A stretch of DNA of 45,830 nt from Kiritimatiellia bacterium. Lineage in GTDB: Bacteria > Verrucomicrobiota > Kiritimatiellia > RFP12 > UBA1067. The position numbers and the translations under genes are program-made. The stretch spans positions 1-45,830 of the forward strand of contig JBMNFY010000014.1 in NCBI GenBank assembly GCA_050949565.1. Direction: 5' to 3'. The stretch's first letter is position 1, and every line of letters begins with the position of its first letter. Below, piece by piece: positions 28,819 through 39,300 of the stretch. The notes under the pieces were generated by a model. It was given only the letters and a program-made list of their open reading frames with translations. It did no database searches and was not told the DNA's origin.

Positions 28819-29429
28819 GCCGCGTCCTCCTGTTGGGGCTGGTTGGCGCGTCCTTTGGCGATCTTGCCGCGGGTGACCGCAGCAGTCTGCTCGTCGCCGA
28901 TCGCAATGCGGATGATCCGGATGTTCTCTTTGCACTCCGGGATCTTGATCTTCTCGAACAGGTTCACGCGTTGCGACGTGGTGGTCAGTTCATGAAAAAT
29001 CAGTTCGCGCTGGCGTTCGAGCACGAGCCGCTCGGCTTTGAGCGACAGAATGGCGGTCAGGCTTTCCGCCGCATTGTCATACCAAGCCGGCGTCGCGAAG
29101 AGGTCGAGCGTCGCGCGCGCGACATCAATGCCCTTGTAGATAGGGATGGTCACCCCCGCGATGTTACTGGTACCGGTGTTGACGCGTTCGACACGAATCA
29201 GCGCGTCCAATGCCTCGTCCTGTTCAGCGAAGAGCGCGACCCACGCATCAAGTGCGCGCCGCGCGGCGGTTTCGCGTGCCGTGACCTCGTCGATCCGTGC
29301 GGTGATGGCGGCGATCTCCGCCTGCAACTGCTGTTTCTTGAGCTGCAGCATCGGTAGAAAACGCTCGAAGCGCTTGAGTGCGTCATTCTGCGCCTTCAGT
29401 TCAGTTTTCGTGTATTTGATCTTGCTCAC
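28815..29429 (-). CDS. ntpD: V/A-type ATPase subunit D
   Basis: TKTELK, LPMLQLKKQQL, NIAGV, TTSQRVNLFEKIKIP. Confidence 0.92.
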   Translation of the reverse strand: MSKIKYTKTELKAQNDALKRFERFLPMLQLKKQQLQAEIAAITARIDEVTARETAARRALDAWVALFAEQDEALDALIRVERVNTGTSNIAGVTIPIYKGIDVARATLDLFATPAWYDNAAESLTAILSLKAERLVLERQRELIFHELTTTSQRVNLFEKIKIPECKENIRIIRIAIGDEQTAAVTRGKIAKGRANQPQQEDAA

Positions 29430-29460
29430 AGTCTTACAGCCTCACAGCCTTACAGCCTCA
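29427..29460. repeat. Octamer tandem (minus strand GRCTGTRA x4) between subunit B and D genes
   Basis: Plus strand cacagtcttacagcctcacagccttacagcctca. Confidence 0.75.
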
Positions 29461-30765
29461 TTGCCTTACCGCCTTCTTCGGCCAGAACTTGTCGGTGAGC
29501 TTGGTGGGGATGCCGGTTTCGCCTGGCTTGAAACAGTCAGCCAGGATCTCCCAGCCCAGATCGAGCGCCTGTTCAAGTGGGATGTTGACGGAGAGATCCA
29601 TCATCTCGTTTTCGAAGCGTTCGCCGTATTTGAGCAGTTTGTCGTCCCAGTCGCTCATGCGGAAGCCCATGGACTGCTTCTCTTGTGTCTCCTTAAAGGC
29701 GGCGTAGAGCTTGATCATCGCGTCCATGATGGTGCGGTGGTCTTCCCGCGTGTTTTTGTTGACCTGTTGCTTGAGGCGGCTCAGCGAACCGAAAGGCTCG
29801 ATACGTCCATCACGCAGATAGAACTGCCCTTCAGTGATATAGCCGGTGTTGTCCGGCACCGGGTGGGTGACGTCATCGCCGGGCATGGTCGTGGCCGCGA
29901 GGATGGTGATGGAACCTGCACCCTCGAAGTCGACCGCCTTCTCATACCGCGCGGCGAGTTGCGAGTAAAGATCGCCCGGATAGCCACGGTTGGAGGGGAT
30001 CTGCTCCATGGTGATGGCGATCTCTTTGAGCGCATCGGCGAAGCTGGTCATGTCGGTCAGCAGCACCAGCACCTTTTTGCCCTGCAAGGCGAACTGCTCG
30101 GCCGTGGCCAGCGCGATATCCGGCACCAGTGTGCATTCGACGATCGGGTCGGCGGCGGTATGCACGAACATGACGGTGCGCGAAAGTGCGCCGCTTTCGT
30201 CCAGCGTGTCGCGGAAGGCGAGGTAGTCGTCGTGCTTGAGTCCCATGCCGCCGAGGATGATGATGTCGACCTCGGCTTGCAAGGCGATGCGTGCGAGTAG
30301 GGGGTTGTAGGGTTCACCGGCACGGGCGAAGATCGGCAACTTCTGCGATTCGACCAGCGAGTTGAAGACATCGATCATCGGGATATTGGTGCGCACCATG
30401 TTGCGCGGGATGATACGCTTGGCCGGGTTCACCGATGGCGTGCCGATGTCGATCAGGTTATCGGTCAACACGGGGCCGCCGTCGCGCGGCACGGCGCTGC
30501 CGGTGAAGGCGCGGCCGAGCAATGCATCCGAGAACGGAACACGCATGGGCGCGCCCAGAAAACGCACTTTGCCGTCGGTTGCTATGCCGCGCGCCCCAGC
30601 GAAAACTTGCAGGGTAACGGTGTCGCCGTCAAGCTTGATGACCTGCGCCAACGACGTGCCACTCCGTGAGGTGACCTCGGCGAGTTCACGGTATTTTGCT
30701 CCGCGCGCGCGCAACGTGATGACGCTGCCTGAGAGGTTGTCAATTGTGTGGTAAATCTTATGCAT
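29458..30765 (-). CDS. ntpB: V/A-type ATPase subunit B
   Basis: [60 protein letters not shown]. Confidence 0.95.
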   Translation of the reverse strand: MHKIYHTIDNLSGSVITLRARGAKYRELAEVTSRSGTSLAQVIKLDGDTVTLQVFAGARGIATDGKVRFLGAPMRVPFSDALLGRAFTGSAVPRDGGPVLTDNLIDIGTPSVNPAKRIIPRNMVRTNIPMIDVFNSLVESQKLPIFARAGEPYNPLLARIALQAEVDIIILGGMGLKHDDYLAFRDTLDESGALSRTVMFVHTAADPIVECTLVPDIALATAEQFALQGKKVLVLLTDMTSFADALKEIAITMEQIPSNRGYPGDLYSQLAARYEKAVDFEGAGSITILAATTMPGDDVTHPVPDNTGYITEGQFYLRDGRIEPFGSLSRLKQQVNKNTREDHRTIMDAMIKLYAAFKETQEKQSMGFRMSDWDDKLLKYGERFENEMMDLSVNIPLEQALDLGWEILADCFKPGETGIPTKLTDKFWPKKAVRQ

Positions 30766-31378
30766 GAGTAGTACTCCGAGTCTCGACTGCCGTTAGAAGA
30801 GATTGAATGAACTGAGTGATAGGGCTAAAAGCTACATGGTCAAAAGGGATAAACTTTTTCTTTGCTGCCAACCCCAACCTTAACTCTGGGTCTGAAAGCG
30901 TGCTCAACCAAGCGTGAATACGGCGTTTGTCCATTTCTGTCGGCGACAACGACGCTTGGTCATTTTCAGATACACATGCCATGAATTGTTCCACGCAGGG
31001 CCAGTTTGGATATGTGGACACGGCTTCAATCACAAGAGCTTCCAAGGCTCCGGATGTATCCTTTTTGGGCAGGATGTACGTGTCGACGTGAAGCGTATCA
31101 GGCAGCTTAGAATTGTCAATAGCGGTCTTTACGCTGGCCAACGCCGCAGCGTGATCCAGATCCGCATCGCGGGTGATGCCGAGTGCGCTCAGCTTGGAGA
31201 AGGTTGTCTGGGCCTTTAGCCCGGCAAGGAACCCTGCGAGTTTGTCTTTGCCGCCGTATTGTGTGACTTGGATCGAGGACGACAGCCCAAGGTGATTTAC
31301 CATGGCACAGAAGAAAAGTTCTTCTTCGCGCCCCTCGCCGATCAAAAGAGCAGGTTTTTCGATGGAAAATTTGCTCAT
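30758..31378 (-). CDS. DUF3226-like protein (TOPRIM-like acidic motifs), partner of the AAA ATPase
   Basis: [21 protein letters not shown] (DxD), [15 protein letters not shown]; overlaps both neighbours. Confidence 0.7.
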   Translation of the reverse strand: MSKFSIEKPALLIGEGREEELFFCAMVNHLGLSSSIQVTQYGGKDKLAGFLAGLKAQTTFSKLSALGITRDADLDHAAALASVKTAIDNSKLPDTLHVDTYILPKKDTSGALEALVIEAVSTYPNWPCVEQFMACVSENDQASLSPTEMDKRRIHAWLSTLSDPELRLGLAAKKKFIPFDHVAFSPITQFIQSLLTAVETRSTTHA

Positions 31379-32391
31379 CGGATCTCCATCTCCGTTTCTA
31401 TGGCGACATCAATGTCGGCATGGTTGAGGACGAAGGCGGCGATGCCCTGCTCAGGGTCGAGGCGAAGTTTGATGACAGCAAAGTCATCCGCGTTTTCAGC
31501 AAAAGCCTTATGCGCGGCAACGATGCACTCATAGGAGTGCGTTGTCGCAAAAATCTGGACGTCGTTGTCGCGGGCAAATTTACCGAGCGCCGACCAGATC
31601 GGGCCGATGGCGTCATGCTGGAGTCCGTTCTCGAACTCATCAATTAAGAGGGCGCGCGGCCGCTCAGTCATCAGGGACGCGAACAGCCCGAGCATCCGGG
31701 ATGTCCCTTGGCCAAGCTGTGTGGCCGGGATCAACTCCTTGCCTTTGCCGAGCCCAACATCCGCATAAACGTAAGGATGCTGATGCCCAGGTAGCTTCAG
31801 GTATTTAAGCTTGCGGATACGCGGGTCGATCAGGCGCAGATACGAAACCAGTTCTTCATCGCGATTTATCACGGAAACCGTGTTTACTCTCTCGGCATCA
31901 ACGACCGGAGATGGGTGAAATGCGGTCAAAGCGATGCAATCGGGACCGGGAGGCGGGAGGGTGAAGGAAAATGAGGAATGTTGTCCAAGTGTAGAGTGGA
32001 CATCGCCAACAGACGCCTTCAAGTACGAGCCTTCAAAAAAGAGGGATAACGAGCGGTTGTCTTTTGCGGATGCAGCAGACAGTCCAATTGAAATCTGCCG
32101 AGAGATGTCCTTTTGGAAAAACAGCCATTTCCAGAAGTTGTCGATATCATCGGGCGGAGATTGTGTGCGCGGCTCATACTTTATTGCGGAGCGCCGGAAG
32201 AGTGATTGCGCGTATGGAGTCAGCGTTTCGGGGGACGAGAACGGATTATCCTGCAACGCGAGCCAGATGGCCTCGAGGACGGACGTTTTGCCGACGTTAT
32301 TGCCACCCGCAATCAGGTTAACGCGGTGCAACGGGGCGATTTCGATTTTCTCGAACGCCCTGAAGTTCTCGATAGCCAGCTTGTCAAACAT
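31375..32391 (-). CDS. ABC/AAA ATPase (AAA_15/AAA_21-like) of a putative defence or TA pair
   Basis: IENFRAF, Walker A GGNNVGKTS, LGQG signature, Walker B LLIDEFENGL, FATTHS. Confidence 0.88.
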   Translation of the reverse strand: MFDKLAIENFRAFEKIEIAPLHRVNLIAGGNNVGKTSVLEAIWLALQDNPFSSPETLTPYAQSLFRRSAIKYEPRTQSPPDDIDNFWKWLFFQKDISRQISIGLSAASAKDNRSLSLFFEGSYLKASVGDVHSTLGQHSSFSFTLPPPGPDCIALTAFHPSPVVDAERVNTVSVINRDEELVSYLRLIDPRIRKLKYLKLPGHQHPYVYADVGLGKGKELIPATQLGQGTSRMLGLFASLMTERPRALLIDEFENGLQHDAIGPIWSALGKFARDNDVQIFATTHSYECIVAAHKAFAENADDFAVIKLRLDPEQGIAAFVLNHADIDVAIETEMEIR

Positions 32392-34126
32392 GCGTGACCT
32401 CCTTGAGCGTCTTGGCCAGCGCCTCCTTGCGGGCGGTGTATTCCGGTGATTCGTACGTGGTCATGTTCCAGTCGATGCAAGCCTGTGTCAGGCGTTGGAA
32501 GAACCTGCGTGCCTCGTCTTTTTGTTTGAAGGAGTAGGTGATAAGCAGAGCCTTTTCCATCATCTCGAACATCTCGCGCTGGCGTTCCACCGGCGAGGCG
32601 GCATCGATCTCGCTGAAGGCGTCCTGCTGGAGATACACCGCGTCGATGAACTCACTTTTCAGATAGGTGATGAAGTCGTCAATGCTGGTGCCTTCTTCAC
32701 CGACCACCTTCATCATCTGGGCCACGTCGTTGCCTTGGCGCAAGATCGCACGCGCCCGCTCGACGCGGTTTTTATCGATGACGCTGGTGTATTTGCTCCA
32801 GCTTTCCAACGGGTCGATGGCGGGAAAGCGGCGCGCGTCGGAACGTGCGCGGGAGAGACCGTGGAAAGCGCCGACAACCTTGAGCGTGGCCTGCGTGACC
32901 GGCTCGTCGAAGTTGCCGCCTGCGGGCGAGACCGTGCCGCCGATGGTGACCGAGCCGATCGAACCGTCCTTGAGCCTCACCAAGCCGGCGCGCTCGTAGA
33001 AGTTGGAGATGAGCGATTCAAGATAGGCGGGGAAGGCTTCTTCGCCGGGGATCTCTTCCAGACGGCCCGAAAGTTCGCGCAGCGCCTGCGCCCAGCGTGA
33101 GGTGGAGTCGGCCAGCAGCAGCACATTCAGCCCCATCTGGCGGTAATAACTCGCGATGGTGACGGCGGTGTAGACCGAGGCTTCACGTGCCGCTACCGGC
33201 ATGGATGAGGTGTTGCAGATGATGACGGTACGATCCATCAAGCTTTTGCCGGTGCGCGGGTCTTCCAGTTCGGGGAACTCGCGCAGGGTTTCCACCACCT
33301 CGCCGGCGCGTTCGCCGCAGGCGGCGAAGACCACGATGTCTACGTCGGCATAACGCGAAGTGGTCTGCTGTAAAACGGTCTTGCCAGCGCCGAAGGGGCC
33401 GGGGATGCAGTAGGTGCCGCCGAGCGCGACCGGGAAAAAGGTGTCGATCGTACGCACGCGGGTGGTCATGGTGTCCTTGGGCATTAGCCGTTCCGCGAAG
33501 CAGGTGATCGGTAACTTGACCGGCCAGCGTTGCAACATGGTGACGCCGTGGTCGTGTCCGTTTTCATCCGTAATGACGGCGATCTCATCCTCGACCTGAT
33601 ACTTGCCGGTGTTTGCGACACTTTTGACCGTGAAGGCGCCCTGCATGGCGAAGGGCACCATGATGCGGTGTTTGAAAATACCTTCGGGCACGGTGCCCAA
33701 CGTCTCGCCCGCCGTCACGCGGGCACCGGGTTTGGCGACCGGCGTGAACTCCCATTTCGCCTCGCGGTCGATGGCCTTGAGGTAGGTGCCGCGCTGCAAG
33801 AAAAAGCCGCATTGCTCAGCGAGCCGGGGCAGGGGGTTCTGCAGGCCGTCGTAGATCTGCGTGAGCAGTCCCGGAGCCAGTTCGGCGGAGAGCAGGTGGC
33901 CGGTGAACGTTACAGTGTCATCGACCTGCAGGTCGCGCGTATCCTCGAAGACCTGCATGTCCGCCATGTGACCGCGGATGCGGACGATTTCGCTCATCAG
34001 GCGTTGTTCCGTGCCGTCTTCTTGGCGCACCTGCGCGAACCCGACTTCGTTCTGCGCGACTGCGCCGTCGAATGCGACGGTGATCATGTTACCGTTGACG
34101 CCGACGATTTTTCCTGTGGTTTCCAT
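32384..34126 (-). CDS. ntpA: V/A-type ATPase catalytic subunit A
   Basis: GPFGAGKT P-loop, CGERAGE, NTSSMPVAAREAS, ADSTSRWAQA, PGEEAFPAYL, VSPAGGNF. Confidence 0.96.
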   Translation of the reverse strand: METTGKIVGVNGNMITVAFDGAVAQNEVGFAQVRQEDGTEQRLMSEIVRIRGHMADMQVFEDTRDLQVDDTVTFTGHLLSAELAPGLLTQIYDGLQNPLPRLAEQCGFFLQRGTYLKAIDREAKWEFTPVAKPGARVTAGETLGTVPEGIFKHRIMVPFAMQGAFTVKSVANTGKYQVEDEIAVITDENGHDHGVTMLQRWPVKLPITCFAERLMPKDTMTTRVRTIDTFFPVALGGTYCIPGPFGAGKTVLQQTTSRYADVDIVVFAACGERAGEVVETLREFPELEDPRTGKSLMDRTVIICNTSSMPVAAREASVYTAVTIASYYRQMGLNVLLLADSTSRWAQALRELSGRLEEIPGEEAFPAYLESLISNFYERAGLVRLKDGSIGSVTIGGTVSPAGGNFDEPVTQATLKVVGAFHGLSRARSDARRFPAIDPLESWSKYTSVIDKNRVERARAILRQGNDVAQMMKVVGEEGTSIDDFITYLKSEFIDAVYLQQDAFSEIDAASPVERQREMFEMMEKALLITYSFKQKDEARRFFQRLTQACIDWNMTTYESPEYTARKEALAKTLKEVTHV

Positions 34127-34153
34127 AAGTGTGTTTCCGTAATTGGGCGGGGG

Positions 34154-34687
34154 TCATTCGTCCGTGTTAAGCGTGAGGGGAGTTTCAGTGAGGCAGTCAA
34201 AGGCGGCCTGGCCTTGTTCGGGTGTCCGAGCTGTCCAGCGGGCGACAATCGCGAGTTTGATGGCATAGGCAAAGACGTTCTTCACATTGAGCGGGTCCGG
34301 ACCTTGCAACTCTTCGGCGACCAGCCAGCGGATTCTGTCAAGCGCCTTTTCGCGCTGCAGCGGGTCCTTCTCGTCAAAAGCATCTTCAACCAAGTTGCCA
34401 ATGCGTGTATCACATCCCTGCTCGGGACGCAACCAGCGGGAAGCGTCGGTACCGGCCAGACGCGCGCGCTGGTAGGCGGCGGCATTGCGCAGGATCGTGT
34501 CGCGGTCGCGCCAAGTGGTGACAAAGGGATGGTCACATGCGGCATCGGTGAGCAGGGCCTCGGCCGCAGCCGCGTCGGCGGCACTGAGCTGATCACGGCA
34601 AGCCGCCACGAACGCCTCGGTCGTGATCGGTGCCGGCGCATCAAGCTGCAACGTGGGCAGGCTGGAAAGTAGGTAGATGACACTCAT
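34154..34687 (-). CDS. V/A-type ATPase-associated subunit C-like protein (DUF2764 type)
   Basis: YLLSSLPTL N-terminus, DPLQREKALD..RW, AYAIKL; position between subunits E and A. Confidence 0.75.
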   Translation of the reverse strand: MSVIYLLSSLPTLQLDAPAPITTEAFVAACRDQLSAADAAAAEALLTDAACDHPFVTTWRDRDTILRNAAAYQRARLAGTDASRWLRPEQGCDTRIGNLVEDAFDEKDPLQREKALDRIRWLVAEELQGPDPLNVKNVFAYAIKLAIVARWTARTPEQGQAAFDCLTETPLTLNTDE

Positions 34688-35277
34688 GGTTTCATCAGGG
34701 CGGCCAGACGCGGGCGGAGCTGTTTGGCGAGAGCCTCGGCGATCGCATCGCCGGTGAAGGTGTGTTCCACATGCCCATTGTCGAGACGCAGGCGGAAGCC
34801 GCTGCCGGTCGCGTCATCGGTCACGATCGTGACGCCGCTGTCCGCAGCCTCTGCGGCGAGCTTCGCGCGTAGCGCGTCGGTCAATTTGGCGGCGGCGGCC
34901 ACCTCGATCCCGTCCTTGCCGTTCAAGTGGGCGCGTACGGCTTCGGCGGCCAGTTCGGCGACCAGTCCGGGATCCGCGTCAAAGCTGGCGTTGATGTTTT
35001 TAATCAAGAGCCGGTGCAAAAGACTCGTGATGGCCTTTTCGACCTTCATCACGGTATCGCGCGCGGCCTGCTGTATGGTCTCTTCGGCGCGGTGCCCGAA
35101 GTTTTCAGCCTCTTGACGCGCATCGGCCGTGATCTTCATGGCCTCAGTCTGGGCGGCGTTTAGGACCGACTCAGCCTTGGCCTTTGCGTCGGCGAGCAGG
35201 GCATCGGCCTCGGCCTGAGCTTTGCCGACGCCGTCGCGCTGGATTTTTTCGAGAAGTTGTTGCAAGTCTTGTGTCAT
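34684..35277 (-). CDS. ntpE: V/A-type ATPase subunit E
   Basis: LQQLLEKIQRDGV..A.AEA coiled coil, QAARD, GFRL; first gene of the operon. Confidence 0.85.
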   Translation of the reverse strand: MTQDLQQLLEKIQRDGVGKAQAEADALLADAKAKAESVLNAAQTEAMKITADARQEAENFGHRAEETIQQAARDTVMKVEKAITSLLHRLLIKNINASFDADPGLVAELAAEAVRAHLNGKDGIEVAAAAKLTDALRAKLAAEAADSGVTIVTDDATGSGFRLRLDNGHVEHTFTGDAIAEALAKQLRPRLAALMKP

Positions 35278-35397
35278 AACATCACCTTAAAACTGTCCGA
35301 GCGTGGGTTGTGCAAAGAGCATGCCCCATTGCATGCGGATAACAATAAAGAAGGAGCGGGAGAGTGGTCAAGAAAGAACCGATATTTATCGCTCGAT

Positions 35398-35860
35398 TGT
35401 CTAACGCGGGCGAAGCCCGCAAACCCAATTCGATCTCACACAAAGGCCACGAAGGCCACAAAGTTTCCCGTCTTTGCGCGCCACCCAGACGCTGCCCTCC
35501 AACACTTGCCATCGGGCTTGCTAAGCACAGGGAGGGGCAAGCGTCTGCTTGCCCGCGGACGAGCGACGCTCGTCCCTCCCATCCTTCCGCGTAGCGGAAG
35601 GCGGCTCGTGGGGACACTCGCCCTCCAACCTTCGTGTCTTCGCGCCTTCGCGTGAAACAACCGAGCAGTGCTTTTACTCGCGACTCGCGGCCAGCCCTGC
35701 CCCAAAAATAATCTGCGTAATCTGTGCCCATCTGTGGATAAAAAAAACCGAGTAGTGCTCCAAAAAACCTCTGCGTCTCTGCGCCTCTGCGTTAGAAAAA
35801 CTCCTAAATCCTAAATGACAACCCCGCGCATAGCGCGGCTGTGCCTTCGTGTGAGGAAAC
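35398..35860. repeat. Mosaic repeat block 4
   Basis: Starts with the CTAACGCGGGCGAAGCCCGCAAACCCAA hairpin; contains a REP-like palindrome (~35530-35580), CTTCGYGYC tandems, ATCTGYG tandems, the CTCTGCGTCTCTGCGCCTCTGCGTT module and CCGAG(C/T)AGTGCT linkers. Confidence 0.85.
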
Positions 35861-35897
35861 AATTTGTTTTTCATTGCGCTTGTCGAGCCGTAAGGCA

Positions 35898-36378
35898 CTA
35901 AAGCGGCGTGATCGGTCCGGTGTAGGTGTCGCAAGCCTGCTGGAGCGCCTCCGTATGCTGGTGCATGATACGGATGAGGTGCCGCAGGTCAGTTTCACCA
36001 ACGGTTTCATAGAGCGCTGGTTTCTACAGCGTGAATTTCGGCTTTCAAGCGTTTCACCTTGTCAAGCCCTCTGCGTGTGAGGCGGATGATCTTGCGACGG
36101 CGGTCCTGTGGATGCGGCAGGCGGGTGACCAGTCCCTGCTTCTCAAGGCCGTCGAGCAGGGCGGTCACGGTTTGGCGGGGAATTGTCAGTTCGTCAGCCG
36201 CTTCGGCCGCCTCGGCATGTTCGCGGTGGCAGTCGAGATAATCCAGCAGCATATACGTGTTGAGGGGTACCCCCCATTTGAGGAGAAAGAGGTTCACTTG
36301 ACGGGCAAGTTTATGAAAAACCTCCTTCATCTCACCAGCCAACTGAATGACTGTTTCGTCCTTCATTTCGTTGTGCAT
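35898..36378 (-). CDS. MarR-family regulator (apparent frameshift near 36020; annotated ORF ends at 36007)
   Basis: PRQTVTALLDGLEKQGLVTR..PQDRRRKIIRLT wHTH; a plausible terminal helix (YETVGETDLRHLIRIMHQHTEALQQ...*) continues in another frame to 35898. Confidence 0.85.
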
Positions 36379-36394
36379 ATCGAACCTCCGTGGC

Positions 36395-39300
36395 TCATTT
36401 AGCCCTCCACTTGCGCCGCCAGCCGGTGAACAGCGCGTAAGTCACGGGGAGGAGGGTCAGGGTTAGAATACCCGCCATGAAGATGCCGCCGACCGAGGCG
36501 ACACCGATCCCCACGCGGTTTTCGGAGCCGATGCCCGTGCCGGTCGCCAGCGGGATCATGCCGATGCCGGAGGCCAGAATCACCATGAGCACGGCGCGGA
36601 ACTCTTCGGACATGGCGTTGCGCAAGGCGCGGTGCGGCACCATGCCCGCAGCCAGATTCTGCCCTAGTTTGTCGGCGATCAGAATCGCGGGGTTGACCAC
36701 CACACCGATCAGCATCACGACACCCAACTGCACAAAGATGGAGGCCGACGAACCGGTCAGGTCCAAGGCCCACATGACACCGATGAGTCCCATCGGTAAC
36801 GTGGTGAGCACAAGGAACATGCGGCGGAAGGATTCCAACATGGCGGCCAGAGTCAGCAGGGTCAAGAAGGTGGCGAGCAGGATCGCTTCCGAAAAGTCAG
36901 CGATGGCCTCGCCCATGTCCTCGCTGATTCCCGAGAACTCAAGCGTATAACCTGGCGGCAGCATGTTTTCGTCGCGGACGGTCTGCATAAGGCGATTGCG
37001 GACATCTCCGAGTTTCGCGTCTTGGGTAATATCACCGACGATTTTGACGGCGCGTTGTTTGTCGTGACGGAAGATCATGACCTTCATTAGGGCGTCGCGC
37101 ACATCTGCTACGGTTTCGAGGGTGACGGCCTGTCCGTCTTTCGTAGGCAGCAGGAATTCGCGAACCTGCTCGCGCCCGGGGATTTCGTCAAATTTGACGC
37201 GGATGTCATAGGTACGGTCGCCCCGCTTGTAGTCGGCAGCCTCGATGCCCTCGACGTTGGCGCGGACCGTCCAGGCGAGCATTTCAGGGGTCACGCCGAT
37301 ATCTGCCATGACGGCGCGTTTGGGTAAGACGCGGACCTCGCGCTTGGGGTCGCGCACGTTAGTGTCGATGATGCCCACGCCGTCAAGGGCGAGGAACCGT
37401 TCTTGGATGCGCAGGGCGGTCCGGTCGAGCACGTCCAAGTCGTCACCCTTGAGCACCATGTCAAGCTGGAGGCTTTGGGTGCCTGTTGCGGCACTGGGGA
37501 CAGCGGCTGTGGCGATCACATCGGTTTCATGAGCCAGCAGTCCACGGACTTCTTCCACGCGATCGAAGATCGTCCAGTCGCGTTCAGTCTTGTCAGTGAA
37601 AAGCAGGATGATCATCGCCAGATAGACGCCCTGATTGGCCTGTCCGCTGTGGGCCTCGGCACGCCCGACCAGCGAGAAAGTGCGCAATCGATCCTGTAAC
37701 GGCTCAAAGAGTTTTTCGATTTCGTGGACACGCTCAACGGTGTGCTCAAGATCGTAGTACGGCGGGAACTCCAGGCGGACGAAGATCTTGCCGTAGTCAT
37801 TGTTCTCGACGAAGCCCATACTGATGCGCTGCCCACAGATTTTCAAGGTGCCGACAAATAGGAGGATGCCGCCCAAGACGATCAGCGCGGCGAGCCAGCG
37901 GCGTTCGATGATGCGTCTGAGTATCACGGCGTGGAGACGTCCGTAGCGTTGGACGAAGTCGACCCAACGTCCGCCGAAGCGTGTCGCCCAGTTCTGCTTG
38001 CGTTGCGAGGCCGGCCGCATGATGAGGGCGCAGAGGATGGGGGTGAGCGTGAAACTGACGAGAATGGAGGCAGCGTTGACGATCAGGGTAGTTCCGGCGA
38101 ATGGCGCGAAGAAACGACCGACCATACTTGTCATCATCGTGATCGGCAACATCACGACCACGTTCGTGCCGGCCGATGCCAGCACCGCCACCGCGACTTC
38201 CGACGTGCCGACGCGCGCCGCTTCCCAACGGTCGGGTATGTCATCAAAGCGTTTGACGACGTTCTCGAGCACCACGATGGAGTTCGAGACCAAGATGCCG
38301 ACCGAGAGCCCGATGGCCAGCAAGGTGGACTGGTTGAGCGTGTATCCGGCCAGTCCCATAAAGAAAAGCGAAATGATGATAGTGACCGGCATGGTCAGCG
38401 CGATTACAAACGTGGCTCGGATGTTGACGAGGAAAAGGAATAAGATCGCCGCGCACAGCAGGATGCCGGAGAGGATGTCTTCGATCGTCGCATCCACCGA
38501 GGCCTGCACGTTGCGCGCGTCGTCGTCAACCCAGATCAACTCCATGCCCGGCGGCAAGGTTTTGATCACCTCTTCGTAACGCTTGCGGGACTCTTTGACC
38601 ACGGTAACGGTGTTGCCCTCTGATTTTTTGACTACGCGCATCGCGACACCTTGGCGCCCGTCCAGAAACGCGCGCTCCCGCACCTCTTCCGGCGCGACCC
38701 GCACGGAACCTAGATCCTTGAGGGTGCGGCGTCGGCCATCGCGCGTGGCAACCTCCAGCGTCTCAATCTCCTCAACCGTGTCATATTCCGCGTAAAACCG
38801 TACGTTGTACTCGCTGCCCGCCTCGCGGATACGTCCACCGGGCACGTTGACGATGCTGTTGCGCAACGCAGTGACGATATCCCAACTGGTCAGGCCGGCA
38901 GCGACGACCTTATCGCGATCCAGTTCCACCCAGACTTCGCGCTCGTTGCCGCCGGTGAGTTCGATCTTCTCCACGCCGCGCACGGTGGAAAAACGGTCAT
39001 CCAGCGTGTTGTCGGCGTAGTCATAGAGTTCGTCAACTGGGATGTCTCCGGTCAGGAACATGCTGGCCACGGGAACCGCATTGATGTCCACCTTTTCAAT
39101 GATCGGACGGTCGGCGGTCTCCGGCAGGTCGGGCAAAACAGCGTCCAGTTTTTCCCGTACGTCGTCAGCGGCGACGTTGACGTCCACGCCCATTTCAAAC
39201 TGGAGCACCACCAGACTGATGTTTTCTTGGCAGGAGGAGAAGACATGCTTCAGGCCGTCCAAGCCCGATACCGCGTCCTCGATGTGTTTCGCCACGTCTT

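Noticed and set aside
35398-35430. GTCTAAC-starting hairpin as an integron attC site
   Set aside because: It has an RYYYAAC-like start, but I could not find the matching GTTRRRY end with paired L boxes, and there is no integrase or cassette array in the window
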